From Lingula anatina (taxonomy: Eukaryota; Animalia; Brachiopoda): 64,000 nucleotides of DNA. The stretch lies in assembly GCA_051362555.1 (NCBI GenBank), contig CM120644.1:15336534-15400533 (forward strand). Direction: 5' to 3'. The stretch's first letter is position 1; each line of letters begins with the position of its first letter. The notes below the pieces were generated by a model that saw only the letters and a program-made list of their open reading frames with translations, was not told the origin of the DNA and searched no databases. Positions 23,110-38,839 of the stretch are shown here, piece after piece. Both the position numbers and the translations under genes were made by a program.

Positions 23110-26100
23110 GGAGGGAGAGAGAGACAGAGGGTGGGAGGAAGGAAGGGAGGGACGGGATCAAATTATTTTGGCAAAGCACTGACTTAATCTAGCCAATTAA
23201 AAATCCCACATACTACAACCAAAAAAGGCAAAAACACTAAATTTGTCCCTAATTTGACGTGAGAACCGAATCGGACACCTGAAACCTTCAGAGACAGTAA
23301 AAATGTATATCGGTCTGCAGAATGCAGCTGTCCACTATCCCACAGGCACACTGGGTCAATACTTGACCGCTGGTCATACACGTCCACCATCTGCTGCCGT
23401 AAAGCAGAACCACTATCTCCCTGCCTTACCATAGGCCAATTGGCAACGCCACAAAGAAACGGCATTGGCCACAATTCAAGATCCCCTTGTAAAAAACTGA
23501 CCCCTAAATTCTTAAGTTGACCGCGACTTCTGTACTGCGGTGGTGGTATGAGGAAAATCGCACTGTGCATAAGAACAAAACACTTGAAGCACTGCTGAAA
23601 GATTCGACAGTTCTTGACAAGTCCCTGCGTCTACGTGCACTTCGCCATGTAAAACACTTGACTTTGGGATGTTGATGAGTTGTTCGCAAATGCAGATATC
23701 CTTGCACTTTTTACTACCCTTTTCTATCATTTGCCTTCTTATTCCAACCTGAACGCGGTAAAATTGAAGACAAAAATGACTTGACTTCAAAATAATTCAA
23801 GCTTGTCTTAATTAATAGTCTAGAACACAAGTGTGATCTATTTTATTCCCGAATTAAATTATTTTTGACAGAGTTGTGTCGATCAAGCTCCCGTTTTTAC
23901 ACAGACATGCCTGGATATATGATTGATGTCTTTGCCGATCACAAACCCCGATATCAACGCCATCAATGATGCCAGCGCCGTATGAAACCATAGATAGAAA
24001 TCGGATAGAAAATTGGACAGAAATTATCCTGTGGACAATGCTTCTGATGTTCGATACCTGACTACAAGTTTACAGTTACAATAATGACATTGCGCACGGT
24101 AAGTAAAACACGGGTCCGTTCACACTCAACAAACCAAGACCGATCCCAATGCTTCAGATGCTAACGTTGTATATTAAAGACACGTGTAATTTTTGTAGGG
24201 GTGGACTTCAATCGTCAAATATGTAGTAAAGATATATGCCTTTGTCAGTGATTTGCCTTACGCTTGATTGCACTCAGTTTTCCCAATCCATACACCGCTT
24301 TATTCAAGCGCCCTATGTGCGGTTTATAAGAATGCGATTAGCCCACCTAATGAACGTCCTAATATTTTGGGCATAGTACCTTACACTATCCCCTCCTTCT
24401 ATCGCATAGTTGTGGGAACTCGCACTCGGACGGTCTGTCCATCCTTCGACCAACTGTACAGGGTTTGACCATCATTACGTGAACAGGAATGTTGGCAAAG
24501 AGCCAAGAATGACCATCTTACTATGATTACGTGCCTACAGCAGGGATCCGTGTTGTATTGATTTTAAACCGCTGGCGATCAATTACAGGCCAGAGGGTGG
24601 GTGGCTAGGGGAACTGACCAGTGACTGAAGGAACTAACCAGCGGTCAGTGGAATGAAAGGGGGGGGCGTGCAGATCACATGAATGACTAAGGGATGGAAG
24701 GATAGGAAAAGGGAAGGGTTAAGGGTTCAGAGCAATATGATAAATGCAGACCAAAAAGACGTGCTGAATGTTTGAAATACAGGAAATATTTCATTTTTGT
24801 CATTTTTTTCTTTTAATTGGTATGAAGACAAAATTAAAAACCTGCATAGAAGAGTTTCTCTGCAAACACACCTCTGTGCACTCCTAGAGCAAAACATGCA
24901 TTCAGTTGCATCAAATCTTACTGGAACATAAAAAGCAAATTACGCAAATTTGCTACATTCATTTTACAGATTTATATGCAACAACTTCAGATGCATGTCA
25001 GTCAAACGACTTGGAGGGAATTTCAGACCTAAAAGATTGCCAACACAAGGAAATATACATCCGCAGAAGTAAAGAACACACGTGGCGCAATGATTTGATT
25101 ACCTGGGCTGATAACAGCGTCAACACAGGTCTCCATTCATACAGTAAGCTACATTTCAAAACAAACAACACAAGTTTCTTCCCCCTCTGCATGTCCGAGT
25201 CGATTTGGCAATTCCCGTATAACCAACGTCATGGCGTGTGCTGTTGTTATGGGGGGGGGGGGGGCACTATTCGAGCTCAGAATCTCTGATTGCATTTTGG
25301 CAAGCGTTTTACAAACCAAGTACTACGAGATGTCTTATGCCCGATGTTGGGATGCCAGATCAGACAATCGGCGATTATATAGCGTCATTTTCGGTAAAAT
25401 TGGGGAGAGAGAATAACGCAGTATTATAGCACATGTAGTAATACTTGTAAATAGCTTTTTCTGCTTTTGGGGTCTGCACGAATGATGGTCGCAACTTTGT
25501 TTTTGCAACCAGTCAGTCAAACACAAATCCACCACATTTCATCTGCTCGTTTGTTTTGTTTTATTTGCCCAACAACCCGCACGTGCTGTTATGTTTTTAC
25601 AACTGAATTTTTGGGAAGGTTGACAGGAGATGCAAGATTTGTATAAACCGCTTCCCATCTGCACTGTTTTCCGCATTCCACAATATATGCCCTCTCAAAA
25701 ATCCGCTGCCCAAGCTCCGGTCCCCAAAATAATTTCAACCCCATAATTGGTCTAACCGTTTAGTCTACATTTTTGTCCACTTTAGTAAAAGAAGCATCCT
25801 AAATACTTCACTTTAAAACTAAGAACTGTCTCAAACATCAGCCTAGTATTTCTCGTTCTTAAACTAGGCACAACATTTTAATTCACGGAACCATTAATTC
25901 ACTGATATTACTTCAGCTAATTTTTTTTTTTTTTTTATAAAAGTTTAGACCATTTTTCCAGGCTAAAGATCCTTTGTATATCAGACCCTATAGTTTGTAG
26001 ACATCTGTGTGTACGTATGCCGGGGTCGTAGCTATAGTAAGAAAACACACAGTACATAAAGCCAAACACACACCAGAAAAGCACCCACGCTGTTCCTACA

Positions 26101-26295
26101 CCTGTAAAAGCCGCACGATACTGAAACATCTGGGAGTTATTGTGCCGATACCTGATCATTAGCCTATTTATCTCTTTAAACCTGTCTGCTTGAACGCTAG
26201 GTGGCCTCGGACGCGTTCAGACGGGCGAAATATGGAACGGTCTGAATGAGCCACCACAGGAACGCATTTTAATCAATATCCGAGAAAGGCAAAAC

Positions 26296-26417
26296 GTTTT
26301 CATTTATGATATATCCACATATTTGGTTTACCTGTTGACTGTTTCGTCTGTTCACTCTGACTTTAGGTAAAATCTGTTCAGGTAAATCAAACATGTGGAT
26401 CTATCATAAATGAAAAC
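26296..26417. repeat. Inverted repeat (39-bp arms, 44-nt spacer)
   Basis: gttttcatttatgatatatccacatatttggtttacctg pairs with caggtaaatcaaacatgtggatctatcataaatgaaaac, with 3 mismatches. Confidence 0.85.
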
Positions 26418-29400
26418 TTTTTTTTACTATCAAAACTGAGGTCCAATGAAACTATTTTCGTATTCACAAATATCCACGAAAGTTTAAGACGTAAGCGACA
26501 CAATGGGGTCCCTCTGGAGAATCAATCTCCGAACAATACACTTCCATAAGAGCTAGTAAGGTCGGAGAGGAATGGAGATTGATTTGGACTTCACCTCCCG
26601 TGCACCCGCAGAAACTATTTTACACACACCATATGCTTGTTGTCATTAGCTCTGACCTCTTTTGGTAGGGTGTCATAATTCTTTTTACACTCATAACATA
26701 ATAGACTTGATGAGGTCTGCGAGGTTAACAGAGCTACATTAATAATCGACGAAATTTAAAACTTTTCCCTCTTTAAATACCATTACAGGAAATTGCGCTC
26801 AAAACGCCGATGAAGGTTCCCCCGCCTTTAACACACCCCTGAGCAATAAAATTTTTCTCGAGGATTACGGCAGTTAGGAGCTCTGTCATCTAAATCTACA
26901 AGAAGCTTTCACATGCAGAGTATATTTACGAATAGGTCTTCTAATGCACTCATAAGTAACGAAGTAGTTTACAAAAATGGCAATGAAGAAAAACATGCAC
27001 AGCAAGAGCTTGGAAAAGATACTATACTTTGGCAGATTTACTGTTACCATAAGTTTCAGAGTGCCTACATGTTTATGTTAGTTTTTTTCTCCTTCCAGTA
27101 ATTTTCGGATATTTTGCCTTTTTAAAGAAAATGCGCTACATTGAAACGTTTTCCTGTTCATTGAATTGATGGTCACATTCAGTTTCTGAGTATTTAGGTT
27201 GGTAACTCACATTACGTCATAACTACGTCACTGTCTTTACAAGTGACGTCTGGTGCAAAAGATCGAAAGAAAGACTCGTTTTCCTTTCTGACACAAATCT
27301 CCAGTGCATCCCAGATCAGGGACGGACCCAGAGATATTTTCTGACAGTCTTTCACATTATCTTTGTTTATCCATCGTCCATTTTTTGACCGTCTTCCGAC
27401 AGAAAAAATTAGGTACTCATCAATGTAAACTTAGAAATTTGACCGTCTTCCGGAAGACCCAGAAGGCCGCCTCAATCTGCCCTTGAAGATAATATTAAGG
27501 GACATAGCACTTGGCAGTGACCCATAAAGGGTATTTCCCCTTGGTGTGTGAAAAAAACTGTGCGAAGAGTTGAACCCGCTACTGTAACACGCAAGTGACA
27601 TAAGACTTTGATATGCAGTGACCAAAGACTGTGACATGTAAGTGACGTAAGAGCACCATACAAGAATCTCTTTCAGCGCATCCCTACACTGCAACTAACC
27701 ACAGATGGTACTTCATTAATGAGAAAATCGCTGCTGGCCACGCATCCCGCTGCATTACGCACAAGGAGGAGATGAAAAGGAATTCTTCCATTATCGTCTG
27801 GCCTGTTAGCAGCTTTTACCCTCTTCCAGGGCTGCAGATTAATTATGTACACGTTTCTCCTACGCAGAACAGTTCCATCAATTTATCCAGAGACATATCT
27901 GTGAATATAGAGTGAGAAGTCAATCTGTGGCCCTCGTAAACGGCAATCTTCTATGACCTGGCTCCAAGGAGCGAAACATGACTGGTTGACTAGACCCCCC
28001 CCCCAAACCCACCCCCTTCCATGTTATTTCTTTTGTAATCCCTGATCTGATTGATCAAAATAATATGTGGTTGAAGGGATATCAAACGTGGAAATGACGT
28101 AAAAAGGATTGCAATCAAGCGCACAAGTACGCACTAGTTTCAGGTAACATAATAATTTAATTCGATTGCATCTTGGGACTGTTTCGTAATAGAACAATAT
28201 GGTCGCTGTTCCCAATTGGTTTTCGGGGATACTAATGTCAGTTTAACATCTTGCATCAAATTGAAGCCCTTATAAGCATAAACATTTTTCTCGTTTATGG
28301 AGTAAGTAAAGTAAACGGTGACTATTCAAAACGGCCCTGCGTTTCAAAAACTGGCCAACAAAACATTAGATGACTCACACACACTATAAGAAGAAGTAGT
28401 AGTAGAAGTAATAGAAGAAGTAGTAGTAGTAGTAGTAGTAGTGGTATTCTTTCACTCACTTGACGCTTTTTATATTTGACTAGCTTTTGATATTTGACAC
28501 CACAAACCGAATCTTACGCTTCACATCCAGCTACTTTTTTTATTCAGGCACAGTGCAATATATCAGTTATGAGATAGCACAAAAAGTTTATTTTTATATA
28601 CAAGGTCACTAAAGCAGAAAGCAGACGGTATCAGAAGAAAAGATAAAGTGATTTATCAAACGACCTTGACCGGAACACACAAACAACTTCATTATCACAG
28701 GAGATGAAATTTTGGACCTAGCACGCATACCGCTTCATACATATGTAGTGCGAATAGAGTGTCCATTGTATTCTAGAATTTTAGAAAGCTTTTTTATTGG
28801 TGTTTTCAAATGGTTATGTAACGCACGGCAATGGCGAATTTGTCATATCAAATATGATTTCGGGAAATTATGAATAAATTAAATGTTTGAATAAAAGGAT
28901 GTTAGGCTATCTGAGCAGAATAACAATGCAATACTACTCATGTTATGTGAATTGGAAGTGAACATGAAAAATTAAATACCCTTAGAGGGGTTTTGAAATT
29001 TGCAGAAGGGTCTCGTCGAAAGAATTACTTTAATCCTATTTTCGCAACGAAAGTAATTTATATGCCTCTTCAAATTGAAGTGCATGTTGACAGAAAAAAA
29101 TGGCATCAAAATAAAACTGTTCCTCCCGAATGCCTGAGTCTACAAAACAATACTGATGTTCCGTAGTGGAAACAGTATCTGACAGTCAGTGTTGGAATGT
29201 GACCTTTTGACCTTTCACCGCGACCCCGTGACCTGACACCGCAGCGCAGCACTTATTCGCATGAAACCAGCCTGTTGCCCGTAACGAATGAAGTGTTGAA
29301 TGAAAACAGAAGGAGAAGCTGATTAAATATGAGTTCTCCTCCCTTTATTGACACGTCCCGTCATCACACAGCAAATATGGGGCAATGAGCCTTATTTTTT

Positions 29401-29469
29401 TACCATTGTCGATCAGTGTGTGTGAGTGAGAGAATGAGAGAAAGAGTAGAAAACTTTACCATTTTGTTT

Positions 29470-29701
29470 GACTGCGAGTGTAAGTGCGTGCTCGTACGTG
29501 TGTACGTGTGTACGTGCGTGAGTGTGTGAGAAAATAAGTGAGTTTCTACCAATACGTGTGTACATGTAACAGTCTGCACGTGTGTAAAACTAGGCATGTG
29601 TGTATGTGCGTGTGGTCGTGTGAGTCTGTGTGTGTGTACGAGCGAGCATGTGTGTGTTTGAACGTGTGTGTGTGTGTGTCTGTGTGTGTGTGTGTGTGTG
29701 T
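29470..29701. repeat. Degenerate (TG)n tract
   Basis: Seen directly in the sequence. Similar tracts lie at 38790-38935, 42940-43135 and 56710-56885. Confidence 0.9.
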
Positions 29702-30309
29702 AAGAAAGAGAGGGAAGAATAAGAGGGAGCATGTCTAGCAAGAAGGAAGAAAGGAAGAAGAAATGACAAGGGTGGAAGGAAAACAACACGGAAAGATGAG
29801 TACAAGAATGCCAAAAGTATTTCACTCGGTCGTCTCTCAACGTGAAACCGCATTCTTTCCCATGGGACATCAAAGCCCGAATGCACTCGCGTTCCACCAT
29901 CAAAGCCCTGGTCTCTCTGCCTAACTGACGTCTACATTTCCTAGCAAGTTTTATGCCCTTTTTTAAGTCGAAGAAGTTCACTCGTAAAAGTGTCTTGTCC
30001 ATTACAACAAGCACCTGTTAACACTATCCAAATACACGAAAGAGATGCCTGTGTCTTGCCCATTAATATATATCCAAATAGGAATTTTATCTTCTGTGAT
30101 GATGGTGATTTGTGACACATTAAAGTATAGGAGGGGTTATAATTCTTAGTTATATCTGTTGTTGAAAGAACATATTTTCTTATCCATTGAATAGTTTAAA
30201 TACAGCAGAGAAGGATAACTGTGTAACATGTATACTTTGTCGAATCATTTCGATTTTGCCATGAATTAATTTTGACAATCTTAAGAGCAGCGAAAATAGA
30301 CATTGCAGT

Positions 30310-30388
<79 letters not shown>

Positions 30389-31479
30389 AGGATGCAGAAT
30401 AATATCGGTACCCTGTTAAACCCAGGCACGCCGAATCCAAACAGACACCGGGTAAGCTAAGAAACCCAGGGTGCAAGCATACAAGTCTTGCATACTTTGG
30501 TGACACCCTGTATCATATAACTGACCAACATTCTCAGTGATTCACCCATAGGATCATCCCCACTCCTTGTCCACTACACGGTCGTTTTCTTATTAATACC
30601 AGACGTGTCGTGTTCACGCGCTATCAAGTGACACAGGGTACAATGACAATGGCATTCCTGAAATATGTGTGTCACCTGGAAAGTTTTAATTGTGACAATC
30701 ACATACTTGTGACGACATTTAATGTGTAGCTACTGACGGAAACGGGGTTTTGCTTAGGGGAGGTAAGGGGTGGGGGGGCTAGGAGGACGAGATTGGGACA
30801 GTCTCATTGCAATTAATGGGCTTAGGGATAGGAATTTTCTCTCTTCATTTAGCTTGTTCTACTGTTGTTTGGGAGGGGTGTGTGTGTGTGGGGGGGGGGG
30901 GAGCTTGACCCACTGTGCCCCCTCTTAACCTGTCATTTAACAATTACAGTATCAAGCCAAGGCATCACTTTTTCACCTCAGACTACATCCGAGTAAATGC
31001 TAATCTTTCTCACACTAAATACACTGTAAACGTGGTAAATGGTAGGCGATTATGTATATCTTTTCATCTGACCGCAGCAGTTTAACGACAACACCGTGAT
31101 AAGTGTAATGATTAAGAAACAATGTGCTTCCTTGACCTTAGCTTAACCCGCACCCAGGTACACATGTATACCCTCTAAGTAGTACAATTTTCTTGTTAAA
31201 TGATTACCATAGGTCAGCTTAAGTTTACCATGGGGTTAACATGGAATTCATTGTTTTTGCATTCCTCTCCAAAAAGTGGATCAAAGTTGGCCTAGAGTCT
31301 TGTATTAAGGGTAACATCGAATACTTTGACCCACCCTGTATCTTGAGAATTTTGATCACGTAATATTAAACAGTGTTTAGCTTTAGTTTTGTAAGTCTCG
31401 AAATAACAATTCTGTCACATCTTTTAGTTATAATTGGGCATTGTTATTTCTCATAAATTATAAATATCCTAATCTTTAT

Positions 31480-32170
31480 GTGCCTAAAACTGGCTCACAA
31501 TAATCCTGTGTAATCTGGATTCTCAGAAATGTGGCAAGATCATAAAATGCCCAGTATTCCTACCAATTACGAAATCTCACACATTTTCGGAAGACTTCCA
31601 AACAATGCTACGACAAGAAGCTCTGGTATCTACGAATTCGTGTGAATCATCAGAAGAAAAAAGGCTACCACTTCATAATAGCATAAGTATACAGTCTGAT
31701 GGTTTTCTCGGAAGATTACTCAACCTGTGCACTGTATCCAAGCATTTCCAGGAATATTATTCATTTAGTGTATTACCCATTCCAGGTAAACAATGCCAGA
31801 AACTCGTGCAGTTATGTATATGCACCAATAACTGCTCCTTTGGGGTGCAGACTGCTATTCAACGTATGGGGGAAATTTGGCAAATCCTGGTAGACTGGTT
31901 GTACTGGGCTAGATTTGCAACTCGGTTCGCAAATTACCAGGCATTGTATAATGCATTCCCTTAGGTGCTTAGGAGGTTGGAATGAGATAGGAACCGCAAA
32001 AAAATTACCTAGAATCATCGAGTGCGATTTCTGCAAATTAGGAAAAGTGCCTGATTACATTAATAGATTGTTCGACCACGTGTGCGATCTCTCGGAAACG
32101 AAGTATATTTCCACATCTTATTGGCATATTTTTGGTCAAGAAGATTTTTTCATTATGAATACACTGAGCA
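31480..32170 (+). mobile_element. Highly decayed non-LTR retrotransposon ORF2 C-terminal remnant
   Basis: EIGTAKKLPRIIECDFCKLGKVPDY...YISTSYW resembles the E-GR...PR..R-C..C..G-V-DE Cys-knuckle end of invertebrate LINE ORF2 proteins. Frames are broken and the boundaries are approximate. Confidence 0.5.
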
Positions 32171-35100
32171 CGTGTGAAAGATGCAGAGTGTAAGCATGCA
32201 TGGCTTAGTTGTTCTGTACACTATCAAACGGAAATAAAAATGGGCATGTCTTACATAAATTACGTGAAGGGGTACAGAAAATATCATACGCGTGTACATG
32301 TGCACGTACGCGCGCACGCACACATCCACACACACGGCTGCACAGTAGGCCTTATGAACGAAAAATCCAACAATATGCATGATGGACTTAACATCGTGAT
32401 TACGACTCTCGTCCTTCTTTTAAAATAACGAAGCACTGAACATGGAAAAAATCGGTGTCAATGCCCTCAGCAATGAAAACCAACAGTTGCTCTGCAACAA
32501 GTTCCATTTTTACTATATTTACTTATTAACTGCAAACATTCACCAAAATCTTTCCACGCCACCCACTAAGAGCATTTCATCAGAGCAAAGAAAAGGGGGG
32601 TCAATATCAAAGAGGGCTAAAATATGGCGTGTACTTAACGATAACAAAATTAGATTAATAATAGCCCCAAAAATGTGATGGCTAAACATCCAGGCCACCT
32701 ACGCGTGGACCTGGTATTTTTGCAGGAAAATACATTATGGTTTTCACTCTAGATCTCCGTGTTGAGAGGTTAAGAAATTGTTTTATTTGTCGGTGCTTAA
32801 CTGGCTTTGTTAGACGGCTTGTTTTGAATGACTGCATTCTTTTGGGGAAAAAAAGATCCCACTTTTTTTTTCAAGAAAGTAAATGTCAAGATATTCAAGT
32901 AGACGGTCTCTTTTATCAGCTCTATAGCGCCAAGGGTGGTTTATACTTTTACTGGGGTAACATAATTTAATCTAACCAACTTAACCCTATACCACTACCG
33001 CTGACCACAAAAATGTTCTGGCGATTAAAGTACTTGACCATGTAACAGAGGCAATTCATTTGTTGCCCACGAGTTCAAACTTCAGTATTTTTTTTTTTCA
33101 AACGGGACCCTGATTTGAGCTCAAAGTGGGGAATCCAAACCTCTTGCCATCACCACCAGCTTAGGGCTTGACCATTCTCTAATTTCTGTAAAACCGATTA
33201 AACGTCGAAAGGACCAAATACTATGTTTGCCGGCCAATACACGGCAAAAATAATGCTGAAGGACTACTGGAAACTGACCCCTCCCGAAATTCCAAAAAAA
33301 AAATTTCAAAAGCCAGATAAACTGAATAGGACACTTTTCGGTGATCACCAGGGCGTCGCCAACAATTAAGACACAAAACCTCTCTGAAACTCAGGGTACT
33401 TGCTTTAGATTCTAAGAAGAAAGGAATTCCTCGTCATGCAAATCCCCGAGGAAAACAGCAATAATGTCAGTTATCTTTCCGAACGCGGCGCCTTCCAATC
33501 TCTGCCACCATTAAGTGTCCATCTCTTTGCAATAAACAACGCGGAATGATTCCATCAGTGGAATGCTTAATGGCGAATAAGAGTCCTTAAGTTGGCACAA
33601 AAAGACGCGCGGTGGCCATGCCGATCAATACGGTAGCACATAGCTTTGTACATCGGCTTTGCACATGGGGGAAATAGGCCCGTGATAATTGTACCATAAA
33701 TTAGGGATTCCTATCACCAAAAGTGTTCTATACTACATTCTGTATGGACTCAAATGGTATGTTCCATGACACACGGATGATGTAGTGGCCGGCCTATCGG
33801 TATGATGATGGTAGATGTGCCCACGGGAATTGGAAAGGGAGAGGTGAATGGCCAGAGTTTGAGTACATCGTTACAAAGAGACAAGTGAATCGTAATTGCG
33901 GGAGGTGGATTTGGGGGGAGGATGATATGATCCAAAGCCTAATAATAAGACCTACCGCACGTATTCGGGCCGTCTTGAAAAAAATACGTCTCTCCAGCAT
34001 TTTTGAATATGTTGAATACTTTGCCACTTAACAATTAGCCACTATATTGTGAGTTATTTTTGTGCCAGCTATTCTGTCTATGATGATATTAAAATTTTAT
34101 GATATGCGTGACAATCTATCATTCTTATCATTCATTGATATCATTATCCTTCACTTTTTTCTTTTTTCCCCCTTCTGTACTTATGAACTCGTGCAAACTA
34201 GTGCATGGTACCCATCATAAATTCTCTGGGCTCTGATAGCATTGCTATATGTATTCCCAAATGCATTAAGTGACGAAAATAACCACCGATACAGCATTCA
34301 CAAGCTATTGGTATTGGATTCCTGGAAGTTCTGGTATATTGTGTCTGGTAATGGCCCGATATTTGTCCTCCACTCACCTCTGACCGAATGTGCGTTCACA
34401 TTCCAGATAGGACGATCTTTCTTTAGACTGGGTTCCCATAAACATATCGCACTAGCAGGATAGGTCCAACTCTCAGGGGATTCTTGATAAAATTGCATTC
34501 AGTTTAAGTGGCTTAAATGTCTGTCACGCCCACTGAAGCTGCTGGGGAATGAGGGGGTAAATAACTTTCGTGCACGCTTAAATAGAAGGAAATTTAACTG
34601 AAACTCCTCGGAGATGGATCGATCTTGATAGTGCGCTAGGGTTATGGGAATGGTCCCTTTTTACCTTTTCGTATGTCATAGGAGGGCACTAAGCAAAACA
34701 TAAGCAGCATGAATTTACTTGTAGATTTAAGGCTTTTGTCGAGTGCAGTTATGAGGTCGGGGGTGGTGGGGTTGGCGAAGAAAGAAACGGAGAACTATCT
34801 GATTGTCTAAATGGGAGACAAATGCGATGGGCAATGCAGAATAACGGTCATTTCCAACTGTGCATTTCCGACAGAAATAGCTCCACATAAAATACACCGT
34901 ACATATCATCGTCATCACCGCCGCCGCCGACCGTCGCTGCTACTATCGGCACCATCAACCTTCTCACACTTATAGTACGCAGTGGCCAGTTCCTATAAGA
35001 AGTCATTTGACATGACTTTTGGTCACATCTTCCAACATTGAATGTACAGATACTGTTATAAAGACACTTAATATTCACCACTTTTTTCTCATAAAGGTTG

Positions 35101-38100
35101 CAGAAAGGCTTAATTCCTAACATGGGAGTTGAATTAACCCTGGGGTGCTAAGGGTCAAAAGGGGGCGGTGAACTACTGATTCCAACGCAGATATTTCTAC
35201 GGAATATGTGTACATGGGGAGAAGACATCGTAGCTCTGTTGGAATCAGGAAAATGTGGAGACAGGCGCATGGTTTTCGGTCATAGTTCGGCTGTTGCACT
35301 TAATCCGTGTCACCACTAGAAACTGAAGTTGTTCTCATGCATGGACTTAAAATCAAAGAAACGCGTGACGCGATCGACCAATCGCAGTGCTCTACTGATG
35401 GTTTTGGCCTTTGGGAAGAGCAAATGGGTAATTCGTAATTTTGACTCTAGCGCTCAGTTCATATGCAGATCGATGCTCCACCTCTTATCTTTTGACGAAA
35501 ATACTTGCATAAAAGATTTAGAAACCCACCAGGAAATACCAACGTCCCTAACCATCAGCGCAATGGGCAATTTAGCCTAACAAATAATTCAAGAGCCGTT
35601 TTAGTTCTTTCTCTCTTTTCTGATGTGATTAAAATGGTTTCATTATTTTCTATTCGTTACTTCATTCGCTTCTTTCCATTTCACTGATTTTATTACATTT
35701 GTTGACAATCATGCAAAGGTAAAATAGGATTTTACTTTGTGTTAGGTCCTGCAACAAGGCGACTTCAAAGGTTCCAAATGTTGCACATGGACAACGCACG
35801 TGAACAGATGAAGCACGTAGAATGCTAATTACCAATGACCGAGTTATTCCTGAATTTGTTTTTCCTAGAAATTACACGCAGGAACATATTACATAAGTGT
35901 AATCATACGTTACGTCCGTTTACGTCCAATTACGGCATTCAGGTACGGAAGCAATTTTAAAAGAGAACGTTTCCGCTTCCAATAATCGCGCCTTGTTCTC
36001 TCACAATCCTAAATTGTTTCCCCAATGATTGGATTGTCCGCCTAACGAAATGAAGAGGGAAACGTGATGGAGGAAATAAGACGCTTTTCCAGTCCTTCTT
36101 GGAAATACTTATCTTAATGTGTTTATCGCTGAGCTTTCCAAATTCAAAGAATCTATGCATTTTGCTTTGCGTCTCTGCCATGACGATTTGGGTAAAATTT
36201 CTATCACAAGGTTTCAGCTTCCAAATTAAACAGTATCTACTTCTTAAATATAGATATTTCTCTGCCAATTTTGCTCGAATGGTGATGTTATTTAGACCCA
36301 AACCAGTCCAAGTTAAAAATATGTCTGAACAAAAAACATCTAATCATTGGTTCATTACTAAACAACACACTTGTACCATCAGCTTCTAAATTACCCACAA
36401 TTCAAATTTTATAAATGCTTCAGAGCAACAGAACCCAGGAGCTACAACTGAGCTTCATCTTTCAAAAGAATCATCCCCACTTGCTCTCTACACATCCGTC
36501 CCTCATACATATTCCCATTAATAAACCACTTAGCGTCTGTCTAGGCGTATTGATCTTGTGACGCATGACCATGGGACAATAATGGCCGCCTTGGCGACCG
36601 AAGATGGTGTCATCCTGCTTCTGGGAGATTGTTTTTTAAAATCAAATAGGCGTGTTTTCGGGCATAAAAGGTTATTCCATCTCTTAAATTGAGGTGCAGA
36701 CCGTACGCATTCATTTCTAACAAGAATGTATATAGTAATTAAAAAAAGGCAACGGGTTTTTTATACTTAGATGATAGCTAAGCGTGATAGCTAGAAGCAA
36801 TCTTTGTCACATTCCTTTGCATTTTCACATTTCATTCTTTCTCTACAGAGACAACTGCCATATTGTTGAATCAATTGTATTTTTCAAGAAGACATATGAT
36901 CGAGTCTGACCAAGGATTTAGATGGCCGACATACTGACCAGACAATTCTTGGCACAAACTGCAGCAGTTTCAACGTCCGCCATGTTTTATTGTATTTACA
37001 AACTGTCTGGCAAGAGTGTCTGGGAAAAGCTAGTTTTCAGGAAAACATCAAATCAATATCGCTCCAATTTCATCCCAGATATGACAGATTATTTACCATG
37101 TTGGGCATTATTACATGGGTTTGAGTGAAGCATTAATTTAATTAGATCTGCTGAGTGCAGAAGCAAGAAACCCATATAAAGCTTGCTCACGGAATCACTA
37201 CCTCTTCCCTAATCAGAAATTTATGAATCCCAAGCAGTACGATTTATATCAATTTCGAACGACCTCCATGATTTCTGCAAACACACGCACGGTAGCACTA
37301 CTAGAATGACAGCATTAAAAAACATTCTACATATTTGTGTTGAAAATAAGGTCACCATAATGATATCCTGCTTTATTGTACGATATCCATTCAAGCGATA
37401 ACCATTTTCAGGGGAATCACGAAATCCATACTACGAAACAACCAACGTCTATTATATGCGCCTGCCTACAGATATAGGCTACACAAGTGATTTTAATAAT
37501 GTCGACTACCAATCCTCGGCATCCCTCTCCCCAGAGAGCCCGACTCTGAAATTTCTGTCTGATGAAAAATCGATATCGTCTATACGGAACCGATTGCCAG
37601 CGTTTTATTCACAGAGCGATCATACAAATTCTCTCCACTGATCAAGGCAGTGAGACATGCGCACAATTTGTCAGAATATCTGTCTCTTCAACGCACACGC
37701 GCGCGCGTGCAGGTGCAAACGCATACGCATGCTCACAAACACCAACAGCTAAACGGGCAAGCACACACAGACACTCAGGCATACATGCCCAAACATACTT
37801 GCAAACGCGCACAGGTAGATACATTGTGAGCAAAGGGCTTACTGACAACAAACAACACCCAAGTCGCGACCACATATCACCCAGAATTTCACTGCGAGGT
37901 TGTCAGTTTCTATTCTTTCCATCAAATACTTTTATTCTAAGGCATTGGGCACAAGAGTTTTTTGCAATGTTACCCTCACTCCCAGTGGTTAGTGGTGTAT
38001 GCTAACGCGGAAGAGATTCTCAATCGGGGCATTGGAACCGCAGGGTGCAAAGCAGAACCTGCAGATGTGCTCTTGGTATTTGTTAAGTCTTCTTTTGACA

Positions 38101-38798
38101 CTTATAAGACAGATAGGAAAGCTCAGAGGCTTTTTCATTTGCATGATGTACAAATTTGCTGCATTTATATTCAAGATTCATTTTCATTATATCCTTACGA
38201 GTGCCAAAAAGTTATGTTTATCGAAAACTTATGGCCTCATTTAACCTTAAATATGGCTTGCATTGTCGTTGGCCATCTTTTGATTCATGTTCGTTATAAA
38301 TATTTAGAAATCTGAAAATAACATAGCTTAGAAAACTGTAAATGTACAGTAACTGAGCATGCATTCACTGCTTAACAAATTTATCACACATAGAATAAAG
38401 AAAAGAAAACCCGCGTTAGAATGCACCACTATAAGGACACGCACGGGCCTTTGATCTGCCCTGACCTTAACCGTTTTCAAGTGTTGAGGTTTGTTATAGT
38501 AATCTGTCTAGCGTAAAACATTAATTGTTTTGATTCCTGTCACGGTTAGAGCAGTGCCACCTCATCTTTGCATTCCAGGCATACCCGGCATTCTCTTGGC
38601 CTGGGCGCATACCGGGGACTGAGGATGGGGCACCGCGTTGTGCGCGGAAGAGACGTAATGGGGAAATTATAACAGTTTTATAGATAAACGCACGATATTT
38701 GGAAATATTTTGTTATCTAATTTATAGGGCGTGTTCTGGTGTGGATGTGTTAGGGTAGTGTGAGGAGAATTAAGACGGTGTGCTTAGTGGATGTGTGT

Positions 38799-38839
<41 letters not shown>

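Noticed and set aside
29400-30014. 204-aa ORF preceded by an acceptor-like gttacag
   Set aside because: Over half is translated (CA)n repeat and the rest has no recognisable family.
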